Below are positions 12,320 through 24,381 of a DNA stretch of 64,000 nucleotides, in pieces. The notes under the pieces are model-generated. The model saw nothing but the letters and a program-made list of their open reading frames with translations, did not search any database and was not told where the DNA came from. Position 1 is the stretch's first letter; every line of letters starts with the position of its first letter. The translations under genes and the position numbers were made by a program. Source of the stretch: Macrostomum hystrix (Eukaryota > Animalia > Platyhelminthes); contig CATNEN010000038.1 of assembly GCA_950097015.1 (NCBI GenBank), forward strand, positions 1,922,001-1,986,000. The letters run 5' to 3'.

Positions 12320-14683
12320 ACTTATTTATGATTAAATAAGCAATTGTATTTTATATAAATTTCTACTAATTCTGGTAAAATAGCACATAAGGAATAATTA
12401 TATATTTGTATAATTTACAAGGGGGCTAAAAAGGAGGCTACATATTGCCTTAGACCAATAGAACCAATGTACATAGATTGTACATAGTTATGCTCTATAT
12501 TAGGCCTATATCATCATATTCCGCACAGTAGGCCTAGCATTTTTAAATGTTTGGGAAAATTGTCAAATCCAATATTAAATGTACATAACAAGGACTACTA
12601 CAAGAAGAATGATGGGACACTTAGTTTCTTGGAAAATTTAACAAAGCCTGATAGGCCTATTCACAGAAATATGTAATGTAATGAGATATATGTAAATAAG
12701 AAATACAAAAGGAACATTTACTTTTCACATTAAAAGGTCCATAAATGTTATGACAAGTACAAGTAAATAAATTGATTGTCTAGACTCGATTGACTGACTG
12801 GAGACTGATTTGAGTCTAGGCTCCAGTCAAAGACTCAATTTCTCAAACTTTGAGTCAGTTACATGAAAATTGAAATGAAATATTCAGACATCTACACGAA
12901 AGTATTTTTGTGTCTAAGATGTCAAGGGCAAGACAACAATATATGTAGCATTTGCGAATGCAGTTATAAAAACAACACGACATGCATACGTGTCATTCTA
13001 TGGAACAAAAATAAACTTATAAAATATAAATCTGCTTGAAAATTTACCACTCGCAATTATATTTGAAATTTTAGCTAAAAAATAACAAACACTTTTTATT
13101 AGCGTATTTCCTGCTGTTTTGACTTAATGGCTTTGTTTTGACTTACTTTAAAATATTGCTTTTTACACCCGCCTTAAAAAGAACTCCTGAGCTGAAGTTT
13201 GTTTTATTTTATGTCTACCTAACATTTGTGCAGTTTCGCATCTTTCTTTCGAATAATTTTCGCTTTTACCCGTCATTCGGTCAGCACTATAGTAAACCTG
13301 GCATGTAGTAAAGAAATTATCACTCAGGCTTTTGAATTTAGTTTTTGGCGATACTTAGATTTCAGTTTGGCTGTATGAAGATCCTGTTGCAATAATTTGT
13401 TCTCACCACACTACTACGTGCTCCTGCACTTCGCGCCCTTTACATTTAATCTATGCAAATTGCTTTCGGCTTAGTTCTTATTTAAAATTAGAAAATCCCT
13501 TCTTCCTGCCGGAGGGAGAAATGCATATAGTACTTTATTGCTGCATGATAGATATTTTAAAGCACCTGTCGTCCTGTACATGTTAAGGTCATTAAAATTG
13601 TAAGATATTTCCAATTAGGAAAAAACTATTTAATGAAAACTGCCGATAGTGGTGTAAATTAACAACCTTGACAAGAATTGTCCATTCTGTTTCGCATTTC
13701 AAGCACCGCAGCCTTTTAACATTCCATACGGTGGAGCGCCCCTACAACCGAAAATGCTTTTTTAGTAATGATCAGTTTTGATAGCCATACAAAGTTGGTG
13801 CCCCTGGTTGCGCCCCCGAAGCAATGGCGCCCCCCCCCCCAAAGAAAAATCCTGGCTACGCCACTGGATGAGAGAGAGTGCGTCAGAAACGACCCGTAAT
13901 TTGGCACAATTAAAGGCTAGCCCTACTCTCATGTAGGACAATACCAAGCAAGAGGGACTCACCGATCCGGCGGTGAGGCTCTGGCTGCAGTCAGGTCGGG
14001 CGGAGCGGCGACGCGATTCTGGGCGAGAGTGGTGCGATGGACGAGCGGTGCAACGACTGTGCCTAGGAAACCGTGACGACGAAGGCACCGAATTAGGTTG
14101 TCAGGCAATGAACAATGTCAGTATCGTGACCGATGAGAGCTCACCAGAGAGAATCCGAAGCCGGACAACGGAACGACAACGGAATGCGAGATAACGATGG
14201 AAGAACCAAACGTAACTAAGGGTGTCGAGAACGATAACACGCGAACGAAAAGTACGTCCGAGGTACGAAGATCGTTTGCTCGAAACCGTGCGCCACACCA
14301 CTCTCTTCAATAGAGCCCAGAGTCACGCGCTCACGCCGACTGCCCGACCTTGACCTGTTTGTTGGACAGCCAGATCACTTGCCTCTCCAGCCGATCGGTG
14401 ATTGGTTGGGAGGGGAATCGGGTGCGGGACTGGGAAAGCAAATTATTTATTACTTAGGGAGGTGGGTGCGCTGGTCACTGATGGGCGGCATCGTATCACA
14501 ATCATTCAGCCATTTCGCTCCTTTATGATTTATAGTTAAACTTGCGAATGCAACGACTGCAGCCCTGCGCGAACAGCAAAGCCGGAGAGAATTAAGAGAG
14601 AAAAATATACATTTGCGACACCAAACAAAGCATAGCTCAACCGAAAACTCTGAAGACAATAGGAAACGTAAGCGGTCTAAAAA

Positions 14684-16870
14684 ATGAGACTACTTGCTGT
14701 TCTAATCCGTCTCCTGCTCTGCTGCTCGGTCCTCCGCTGCGTGTTGGCCGTTGGCAGTTCCTACGGCAGTCAGGGCGTTGCAGCTGCCCCCGACTGCAAC
14801 ATGCCATGCGCTGGAGATGCCAGCCAGATCTGCGGCATCTACCTCGACTCTACATTTTGGGCATGTTCTGTTTTCATAAGCGATTTTCGGTCTTACAGTG
14901 CGCAATGTCTCACAGGCCAGTTTGTAGTAATTCCTAGACGAAATCGGGACATTGTGCGCCTTTGTTCTGGGTTAGAGATTTTTGTTAGGTACTTTTCTCT
15001 GGAGAAATCTTTCTTCGACGTGTAATAGAAGTGGCTGAGCTTGGCTGATTTTCCCATCCTCTGAGTCCAGTGCCTTCGGAACTCTGACTCAATTAAAGTT
15101 ATCCCTGTGCGTTTTAGTGGACTTTTTCTAGTCTGTTGACAATTTCGCATTACTTCACTACTCATTTTTCCCCAATGCCAACATCGCTGTATTCTGTATC
15201 TGCCACCAATATCGCGATGTCTGATTGGCTCCGAACTGACACCAGTATTGAAGGCCTCTATTTTGAATACTATATAATAGTGGTAGTCTTCCTAATTCAG
15301 ACCGAGCACCATTGCTGTCAGTGTTTGGACTAACTTGCAGAATCGACTTGCAGATTCTAAAATTAATTCTCTCTATAAGGTTCCGATCCCAAGTACCCAG
15401 TTTCCAGGAGACAAAAGCTCCCCAGGCCACTGATGCATAGAGAACTAGGCTTTCAATCATAGTTGTGCTAAACAGGATGAGCTGTTTGTGTTTTACTCTC
15501 TGAAATCCCGCCAACTTTCTCAGAAGCCTTATTGGATATCCACTTTTTGTACCTAGTTCTATGGCATGAGTATCTATTGTACCCTTCACGTTCATGTGAA
15601 ACCCAAGATATTTCCACTGCTGTACGGGTTCAACCAGTTGACCATGTAAAAACAGTCTTTGTGTTGCCCTTGGGTGGAGATTGCAGCTCAGAAGCTTTTT
15701 CTTCTCAATGTTTATTTCTAATTTATGAGTATTGCAAAAATCTGCTACTTTGTCGAGGCCTTTTTGTAATTCTGTCAGGTCTTCACCAAAAATGACTAAA
15801 TCGTCACAATAAAGCAGGTTGTTTACTTCTTCATTCAATATGGAGGTATAGCTTTGAAATGAATTTTTAAGAATTGTGCTTAGCGGGTCGATGTATAGGG
15901 AGAATAGCAGTGGAGATAGGGGGCATCCTTGTCTAACGCCATTAGTACGAGTAATTTGACACGCCTCAGTAGCTGTGCTTTCTGACACCTTGAGGTGAAA
16001 TTTCGCTCGAGTACATACTCTCAATGGTACTTATTTTTGCTGGGTTCACGCCCAACTGCTTTAATCGTGTGACTAGGGTTTGGTGGTGAACCATGTCACC
16101 ACCAATCCGAGGGGTGCATGTTGAAAATGCTGCTTAGGTGCTTCTGAATATCTGCTATTGGGGGTTGTGCCCTGGAAGCTCGCTTGTTGGGAAACAGCAA
16201 TTCCCCGGCTCTTTTTAAACCTGACCAAAATCCCTTGGATGTGTTGGAGCATGTCATTTTCTGGAAAAAAAATAATTTATGTCAGCTTTTTTAAGTTTTT
16301 TAGATGGTTCCTATACTTCTTTGCAAGCTCATCGTATTCTGTGACCAGTGGTCAGTCCACTGGCTTTCGACTTTTTTTTCCTTGCTACGTACTTTAATGA
16401 TTTAGCTAAATCCTTAAGATTTTAGTCTCTGTTTATCCAGAATTTGTTGGGAATAACCTTTCCCCCCCCGCTCTTGGGAATATAATCACGGCAAATATAG
16501 CATTATTTATAGCATACTTATACGAGTATTTGCTCTAAGTATGACGTAACGCATTGAGTTATTGCAGAAGCACATGTGACTTGGTATTTAACGATAAATG
16601 CTCCTCACAACGGAAATGCCTTTCCAGTTGGCACACCGTTAATCCTGCTGCAGACTGGCCGACTGTACCTGAATGTGAGCTCCTCCAGCGGACCGTTCTA
16701 CCGCAGCCAGCTGCAGCCAATCAGGAGCGACGTGGAATGCTTCATGAACTGCAACGCCGACTGCCAGGCAGTTCTGGTCGGTCCAGGCGTCTGCCAACTG
16801 CTCAAGTTCCCCGCTGTGCCCCACGAGCACATGCCGGGCGAGTTCTATTCTAGCGATCAAGATGAGACCG
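14684..16870 (+). CDS. Putative secreted protein: signal peptide + partial WSC domain (14684-~14890) and a PAN/apple-like exon (~16568-16870), separated by a LINE; possibly a pseudogene
   Basis: MRLLAVLIRLLLCC signal peptide; GSSYG..CNMPCAGDASQICG WSC motif; ECFMNCNADCQAVLVGPGVCQL PAN-like Cys pattern. Junctions not fully resolved. Confidence 0.45.
14893..16460 (-). mobile_element. Degraded non-LTR retrotransposon (LINE) reverse transcriptase and C-terminal region
   Basis: GVRQGCPLSPLLFSLYI, LLYCDDLVI, WKYLG, ARSELGRLPL motifs; frameshifted; upstream part disrupted. Confidence 0.9.
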
Positions 16871-17084
16871 TCTTCAATGGGCTGACAGACACAGGCGCAA
16901 CAAGAGAGCTAAGAGTAGTCGACGAAAAATGTTTTTTGTTATTTAGCAAAAAATCAAATATCAATATAAAAACCAGCACCTTGTGTGCGCAGTTAGGAAA
17001 AGAAAAACTATAACTTGATCTGTGCTGGTAGAAACAGTTTAATATCAACAGTTAAACTTACGAGTATATAAAAATTCTTCTGAG

Positions 17085-17460
17085 GTGACTTAGCAGTACA
17101 CGGCAGCTCAGAGATTCTAGCGCGAGTGCGCCTCGAAAATGCGGCGAGTATTTCTGGCCTGGATGGAAGCGCCCATAATCCAGAAGATGCGCGTGCGCAG
17201 CGCGCTCACCTGTCTGCGCCTGGATGCTGCTGACCAGCGCTTCGATGAGGTCCAGAGCCTCAGGCCCGAAGGCTCCCAGCGTCTCGGAGCCGACGGGGTG
17301 GAAGTTGAAGCGGTCGCTTAGGTCGGCGTACTTTGCGGATTTACGCGTCTCGGCGGCGGCTGCGGAGGTCCGGGCGGTTTTCGGCTGGAAAGCCGGCAGG
17401 TTGTGGATGCGGGCGTTCACGTCGTCATGCCGGCGGTGGCGCTCGAGGTCGCGGTAGCAG
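17085..17460 (-). mobile_element. CRE-clade non-LTR retrotransposon 3' fragment (restriction-like endonuclease C-terminus)
   Basis: RHDDVN..AAETRKSAKYADLSDRFNFHPVGSETLGAFGPEA..TGERAA matches the K..KY..F.P...ETLG pattern of CRE-type RLE domains. Confidence 0.75.
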
Positions 17461-18452
17461 CTCAGCGAGTGACAAACCTCGTCGAACGGATCAGGAGCGG
17501 CACTCGCAGACTCCGGGCTGTTCTAGACCGGCGAATGATATTATGTGATTGGCCTGCTTCAGGGCTATTGGCCTGATTATTAACACTCAGTCTCATAAGG
17601 CTTTCCAAGGACTCAGAGGGTCACCGCAATTCAGTCTCGAAACTGGTTTCTCCACGAGCTTCCTTTCTTTCTCACTTATATAAGTGACATGCTTTAACTT
17701 AAATTCTTTAGTTGTTAGCGAGCTGCTTGTACTATATACTGTTCGCTTTTTGGCTTTTCGTGTTTTAAGCTAAGACATAAATCTCATAGCAGAACTTTTT
17801 TCTGTCGAAATCTGAACAGGAACGCGGCACAAAAACGTTTTTCGTTGTTATCCACCTTCCTTCAGTAAATTCGTATTTGCATGAGAATTTCAAAATAACG
17901 AAAAAATATTGAATTAAAGTGCTATCTCTCTGATGGATGCATAAAGACCGGAATAGTACATGCATATGAGCTATATAAGAATAGCTCATATTATAATAAT
18001 ATTAATAGGTTTACCTCGAGCAAACGCGAAAAGCTATTTTTCCTACCCTCGTAAGTAAAGTATCATTTCTTTTTTATATTTTAGCATCCGATGCAGATGC
18101 CATATGTAGATCGATTGCATCCGAATAGCACCAATAGAGAAGCATATGCCAATGCCATAGAATATAGCACCCTAGCAACAGCAGATGCCATAGAACATCA
18201 TCCTAGCAACAGCAGATGCCAAAAAATCTGAAAATGAAAAAGGAGTAATCCCAAGCCACTCAACGCCATGAATGAGGAAAATGCATTTATTATTCATTTT
18301 TTTATTTTAGGCTTTCATAGAAATTTCTTTAAATAACGCAAGGCTGCAATTTTTTACTGATACCAAGAATTAAGAATACCAAAGGAACGCATCTATCAAC
18401 TGTCTCCTTGTGTTGGGCGGTAGCTTCCGCTGCTTTAATCCGTGAGTCGATA

Positions 18453-20531
18453 ATGAGCTCAACTAATTCAGCCTCAAAAAATTTTCAGGTAAAATGTATA
18501 TTCCTGCTCCTAACTTTAACAGCTCTGAGCTCAGCTGCAACAGCCCAAAGCCCTGCCTTCCAGCTGGTGAACAACCTGACTATTGATGCCACATTCAGCA
18601 GCGATATCATAGAGTCAGTTGTGCACAGTGTAGCTCACTGCGCCTTTCTCTGCCAGCAGCATGGATGCGCTGTCGCTCATTTTAACGTCAGCGGCATCGA
18701 CAGCGGTCTCTGCCGACTTCTGCTGATCAACGATGACTCAGCTGGCCAGATGGGATCGAATGGAGGCCACTCGATGCGTGACCTGCGGACTGAAAGTGGC
18801 TGGACAGTTTGGAAGGCTCAAAATTTTGAGCAGCAGCTACTCAGCAAAGGGATGAAGGCCAAGTTTAATTGTACGAGCTGGTGATTTGTTAAGAGGGCTG
18901 AAAACAGTCTAAAAAAAGTTTGTGAAATTTGAGCGATAAAATTTGACTGCTGACAAAAGTAGACAGTTTAGATTTGGTTGTTAAAATCTCTCCCATTGCA
19001 GCATCCGTGCACATTAGGAGGGGCGATGGCGCATCATTCTGCCTATGATCTACATTTGCCTACAGCGAGGAGGCAATTCTGCCCATTCCGCTGACTCCTG
19101 AGCACAAACGCACACAAATACCGTGCGCAGGCCTACGCTCACACAGGTTGTGCACATCTGCCATGACTTTCTGATCGCCAGGCAGCATGCACCCTCTCTG
19201 TGTCTTGGAGGCTGGCCCTCAAGGGCATATACTGCACGACAAGTCCCCGAAGCCTTTTCACCACGGCTGCGCCGCAAAAGTTCATGTGGCTTCACCGTGG
19301 TATCAAGCTCAGGGACCTTGGTGCAGGAGACAAGCGTGTTAGACCACTCTGCCACTCACCCCATCGGCTTCGTCAGCAAAAGGAGCAGGCAGGAACGGCT
19401 CCTTGCAGTACCTTCAAATCCGCACTACTGGCTGCTACCGGATTGAAGTGTTCGGCGCCAGGGGCGGATTCGACCTGAATAATGCCAGATCGCCTGGCTG
19501 TGGAGCCTCATCTGCTGGCACATTCACCCTGACTGGCGGTGTGAGAGATGCAATTCAGACTACTGGCAACAGTAGAAAAGCAAATACTTGGCTGCAAAAC
19601 TCTCACATAACACTAAAAAAATATCGCCATAAAAATGGCAAGCTTAAAAGAGACTTCTGTGCACACTAAGAGTGGTGGGAGAGGACTGCGTGTGGCTATG
19701 GCTGACTGACGAAGGCAAACAAGCCAGAAACCGGTCTCGGTCTACCAGCGCGAGGTTCGTTCCCCACTTTTAGTGTGTTACAGGCAGCACTGAGTTAACC
19801 ATCATTGTTGGACAGTCGGGCTCGAATTCCTCTGCTAAATACGGAGGCTCAGGCGGTGGCGGCGGAAGCTTTGTCTACAGGAGCAACGACAGTCAACTGC
19901 TCATTGGCCCTGGCGGTGGTGCCTCGTATTATAGCAACGGTGAGCGCTCTAATATGCTCTAAAGTACAGTTTGAAACGGTTTGAACCAGCTGGGCAAACA
20001 TGAATTCATTTTGTAGGCTTAAACGGTACCTCCATGACCAGCGGAACAAACTCGAGCAGTTACCTGAACGATGGTGTCGGAACTGGCAACACGGGAATCC
20101 AAGGAACCGGCGGGGGACCCGGCAGAGTGGCGCTGCTTCGATTTGATCGTTCAGCAGGCCAGCACTTCATGGGCGGTCTCTGGGCTGGCTGGAACGGTGG
20201 CGCTGTTACCAACACCAGCACTTATCCTGCTGATGGCTCAGGCGGCGCTAGTCGCAGCGGAGGCTGGCTCGGTGGCATCCGAGGTTCTGGCCTGTCATCC
20301 GGAGACGGCGGCGGCGGAGCTTCCAGCACCAACGCGACCTCTCCTGGCAACTCTTTTGGAGGCTCTGGCGGCGGCGGCGGCTTCAGCGGAGGCGGCGCTG
20401 GCGCAGTCTCGAAGAACGCTGGTGGCGGCGGCGGCGGCTCGGCCCGCTTCGGCAGCGGCTGTGTCGCAGTGGCTGGCGGGAACACGAATGCCGATGGGCG
20501 CGTCCCGATTGCCGCAATTCCCTGCGCTTGA
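18453..20531 (+). CDS. Secreted PAN/apple-like + ALK/LTK-type glycine-rich domain protein; exons ~18453-18850, ~19390-19538, 19784-19939, 20017-20531 (5' junctions uncertain)
   Basis: Hydrophobic leader; HCAFLCQQHGCAVAHF..GLCRL PAN pattern; TGCYRIEVFGARGG, LTIIVGQ, GGGGGSFVY and GGGGGFSGGG are glycine-rich-domain motifs; carries SINE and solo LTR insertions. Confidence 0.65.
19013..19362 (-). mobile_element. tRNA-derived SINE, family 1
   Basis: Reverse complement of the copies at 44648-44955, 49781-50130 and 54612-54945. Confidence 0.85.
19540..19782. mobile_element. 243-bp solo LTR (TG...CA), TSD GGCGG/GGCAG
   Basis: Near-identical inverted copy at 47164-47406, which has a perfect 5-bp TSD. 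Confidence 0.88.
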
Positions 20532-21477
20532 ACACGCTGCAAAAATGCTAGTTGAAACTAAAACTCGGAAGAAATTTCTTCTGGTTAGAAGAAATCAATT
20601 ATTACGCGCTCGCATTTTTGTTGTTGTTGATGGTATTATATCTCTGATAGTCCGATTATAATACATGAAGCCCTTTGTTTAACATATTTGATCTGAAATC
20701 CGTCGTACTGCATCCTAATTTAATATAGTTATTGGCTTTTGTTTCAACGCTTGTTTCGTGGTTTTTACCGTCTCTTCTTGCTAATTATGAATCGCAGAAA
20801 TCGAGTAATTACACCAGTTTTCGAACTTTTCAAATAAGCTTATTTCTTGGAAAAAATTACTTGCGGGCTGTTTTGAATTTTCCGGTGTCTCTCCGTGTTT
20901 AGTTGTGTTTTCGCTCGCAATCTTTCCGCACTGTCTCCTCTCCTCGCCCCTCTCTCTGTGTTAAAACTATTTGCTAACTTTCCTTTCATTTGCATCTTAG
21001 CTATCCTCATCTCTTTTCATATTCTAGTCTCTCCCATTCTCTTGCCTCTCTTAAATGCATAGATAAAGCATATTATTATTATTCCTAATTGTTCTCCAAG
21101 AAGGTTTGCCTGGATCTCATTTGTCAAATTTAACAGTATAACATAGACGAATCACAATAAATGGGTCGATCGATCCTGTATATTAATATTATTCAGGCGG
21201 ATAGGTGAAAAACTACCAATCTTGAACAGTTTCTCCACTTAAGCTACAGAACAGTCTATGGGCTACGTACATTAGCTGCTAGCTGGGGCCTGAAATTTTA
21301 AATATTATAGCGGCCTTCCCCGTCCATGGACTGTGCAGCTGTGTGCAGCCTTTTGAGGGCCAGATGCCATTTCTACTTATCTCCAGTATCTCGTCTCACA
21401 CAGTAGATGGACCACAGGGGTATTTAGAATACCCCCATTTTTATTTTTCTGTATCTCCCAAAATATTTTCGCCCTTC

Positions 21478-21662
21478 AGGGCCAAGGCACAGTGAGAATG
21501 TACACTGCCTGACGATGAGAAGGTCAGGGCAGATGTACACACATGTGTGAGCGTGTGCCTGCGTACAGTATCTGTGTGCGTGTGTGCTCAGGAGTCAGCG
21601 GAATGGGCAGAATTGCCTCCTCGCTGGCTGCAGGTCTGCTGTCACCAAATGATGTGCCATGT
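21478..21662 (+). mobile_element. 5'-truncated SINE family 1 copy
   Basis: Shares body GATGTACACAC..GCTCAGGAGTCAGCGGAATGGGCAGAATTGCCTCCTCGCTG. Confidence 0.85.
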
Positions 21663-21816
21663 GCATTCGCCATAAAGGCTTATAAAGCAATGTTACTTGT
21701 TCTTTTGAAAAGTAAACTGAAAACTGAAAAGCTCTTTTCAGATGCATCTTCAGAGTCGCAAAAGTACAAAGAATTGTTCTTCGGATTCTTCGGGTTCGAT
21801 GATAAGACTAGTTCCT

Positions 21817-23652
21817 TTATCCAGACGGGGTAGTTACATTAGCGAGGCCTCCAATGACCACCGTGCCATTGTTGCTCGCACAAGAAGCCGACGATCCGGC
21901 GGCCCAGCTTGGCATCTCGTGAATTTTGTACACCCACTGGCCAACTAGCAGAGTGTACATCGGAATGATGACCGAGAATACTAGGTTCAGCACTAGGCCG
22001 GCCTTGGCCATGCTGGGAATGCTGACGCGGCCGCTGCTGAACACGATGGCATTCGGTGGCGTGGCCGTAGGCAAGCAGAACGCGTACGAGCAAGTCACGG
22101 TAAGTGACACCATAAATAGCAGCGGGTTGAGTCCTAGGCAGGCCGCAATCTGGGACACAATCGGAAGTAGAACAGACGCTGTAGCCATGTTGGACGTGAC
22201 TTCTGTTAGCCAGATGACGCAGCAGCTCAGCAGTACGAGTGTCAGCTCGACTGGCAGCGACTGCAGCACAGGCGTCAGAGCAGAGCCGATCGACTCGGAC
22301 AGTTTCGTATCCTTGGTGAGCTTGGCCAGAGCTAGTCCTCCGCCAATCAGCAGCATTATGTCCAGGGGAAGCTTCTTGACGACTCTTTCCCAGCGGGCGA
22401 TCGGACGATATCCCAGGCTGGTTCCGGGGCCGTCCCCTTCCTTCAGAGCTGGGTTAGGAATCAGAATGAGCAGCACGGCAACCAGCAGCATTCCAGTTGC
22501 GTCGGAGACCACCATTTTGCCGTGCAGCTTGCCGAACAAGTAATGCCAGCCGAATTTATCTGTCAGTTTACCCGTAAGCAGCAAGACCAGGACGCACGGG
22601 AAGGCAGCCATGGTGGCCCACTCAGCGAATGAAACTGACCCGAGGTCACGCAGCTGATTTTGGAAATAGAGTTTTATTCTAGCCTCCTGTTGCAGTCGCT
22701 GGGCTGACTGCGAGCGCCAATTGCAAGTTTCGCGAGGACCGACGAACACCAGCTGGAGCAGCAGCCAGATGAGCGCCAGGCTAATCAATGACAGGGGCAG
22801 GCTGAACGCCATCCAGTTCGAGAAGGTGACCACGTTGGAGACGCGATAGATCTGCTGCAACTGGCCGACGAGAACCAGGTTGGTGCCGGTGCCGATCAGA
22901 GTGGCCACACCGCCAACGTTGCAAGCGTATGCAACTGAGAGGCAGTAGCAGACTGCGTGCTTTTGTATATCGTCTCGCTCGACGCTCTCACTGGCAAGCA
23001 CGCCAGGCTGATGGTGCTTGGTCGCATCACTGTCGTCAGCGGATTGCTTGCTCAGCTCTAATGCGATTGACTCCGGCAGCTCTTCTTGCAGCTGCTCCGT
23101 TGCCTTTTCGGCTTCGCTGATTGCCGCCATCACGAATGGGAACATGAGGATTGTGGTGCCTGTATTGCTCATCCACATGGACATCAGCCAGGAGGGCAGC
23201 ATGAAGCCCAGCAGCAGCCAGCGCGGACTCGTCCCCAACAGCGAGACTGTCCGCAGAGCGAACCGGCGGCTCAGGCCCGAGTCCTCCATGGCCACTGACA
23301 GCACGACGCCGCCAATCATTAAAAAATGAATGTCGGTGAAATAAGACTTGGCTAGCTCCTCGCAGGTGCCAATGCGGAGCAGCGGTGCAAGCAAGAATGG
23401 CTGCACCGCTGTGAGACTGAGTGGCAGCAGTTCCAGAACCCAGTAGCAGGCCATCAGTAGTAGGAGGTAAGCGCAGCGGCTCTTCTCTGAGCCCGTCAGC
23501 AGTGGTGCCAGCAGCAACGGCGCCAGCAGCAGCGGCAGCAGACGCCAGTGGCGCTTGAGTCGCATTGCTTTTGGTTGGTTTTTTAAATAGTTCCAAATTG
23601 ACCACTCGGCTAACTGAGGGCTGCTTGTGCAGAAGATTTTGGTTCCGACCAT
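21817..23652 (-). CDS. SLC13 family Na+/dicarboxylate-citrate-sulfate cotransporter (INDY-like), intronless, 611 aa
   Basis: SNT motifs MSMWMSNTGTT and TEVTSNMAT; GGVATLIGTGTN; CSYAFCLPTATPPNAIVF; many transmembrane helices. Confidence 0.95.
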   Translation of the reverse strand: MVGTKIFCTSSPQLAEWSIWNYLKNQPKAMRLKRHWRLLPLLLAPLLLAPLLTGSEKSRCAYLLLLMACYWVLELLPLSLTAVQPFLLAPLLRIGTCEELAKSYFTDIHFLMIGGVVLSVAMEDSGLSRRFALRTVSLLGTSPRWLLLGFMLPSWLMSMWMSNTGTTILMFPFVMAAISEAEKATEQLQEELPESIALELSKQSADDSDATKHHQPGVLASESVERDDIQKHAVCYCLSVAYACNVGGVATLIGTGTNLVLVGQLQQIYRVSNVVTFSNWMAFSLPLSLISLALIWLLLQLVFVGPRETCNWRSQSAQRLQQEARIKLYFQNQLRDLGSVSFAEWATMAAFPCVLVLLLTGKLTDKFGWHYLFGKLHGKMVVSDATGMLLVAVLLILIPNPALKEGDGPGTSLGYRPIARWERVVKKLPLDIMLLIGGGLALAKLTKDTKLSESIGSALTPVLQSLPVELTLVLLSCCVIWLTEVTSNMATASVLLPIVSQIAACLGLNPLLFMVSLTVTCSYAFCLPTATPPNAIVFSSGRVSIPSMAKAGLVLNLVFSVIIPMYTLLVGQWVYKIHEMPSWAAGSSASCASNNGTVVIGGLANVTTPSG

Positions 23653-24381
23653 GGCTGCTCTAGTTAGCTATATAATTGTCTGCGGCTCGCCTTATCTGTT
23701 GAGCTCAGATAATGCTCTGATATTTACCTGTGGGTTGCTAATGTTGATTTCGTTCTATAACTAGAAGTTGTAGTAGATTGTCTGGTTGCCTGCTTCCCTA
23801 GCACCAATCAGTCAGGCAAAGTAAATTTTGTTCTTCGTCAAGAAATTCTATTGTTAGCAGCTCTCTGGTGTAGGATCTGTCTGTGCCTTTGGCTATATTG
23901 GTGTGTCCACCGAAGCAGCTCGACTCCGAATGCGTAAATACGAGTAATATGAGCTCGTAATTTCGCTGTAGCTAAGCCAATCGGCTCACGGGTTCAGAGT
24001 CAGGTGCGACACAGCGCCCAATTTCTTGCATATTAAAATTAGAATTTATGCAATACACAAGTGCTATGCACTGTTGCCTTGACTGCCTCTGCACACAAAA
24101 CTTTGACAAAAATCTGCATTAATCTACTTTTGATTTGCATTCAGTCCAGAATTACTGTCAATTTAATACCACTGATCCGAAGTTTATCCAGAAAATATAT
24201 GATACAGTCGTCGTAGTCCGAAAAACCCAAAAATTCGTGTAATGTTTCCAGGGTAGCAAAAAGTACTGAAAAAAGGTAAGCTAACTGAAACTAAAAAACG
24301 AAATAGTTTTGGTTACGAAATGGTTAAAAATCTTTGGCGAAATCGTTGATTAAATTCCTTTCTGATATTTATTAAACGGTG

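Noticed and set aside
13755-14450. GC-rich block with short ORFs and a CAGTGGCGTAGCCAGG terminus
   Set aside because: Looks like a single MITE end plus repeat-derived sequence; no second TIR, TSD or recognisable protein
21500-21540. Hammerhead ribozyme in the SINE (CTGACGA..GAAA-like)
   Set aside because: No stem II between CTGANGA and GAAA; the bases pair instead as a simple hairpin
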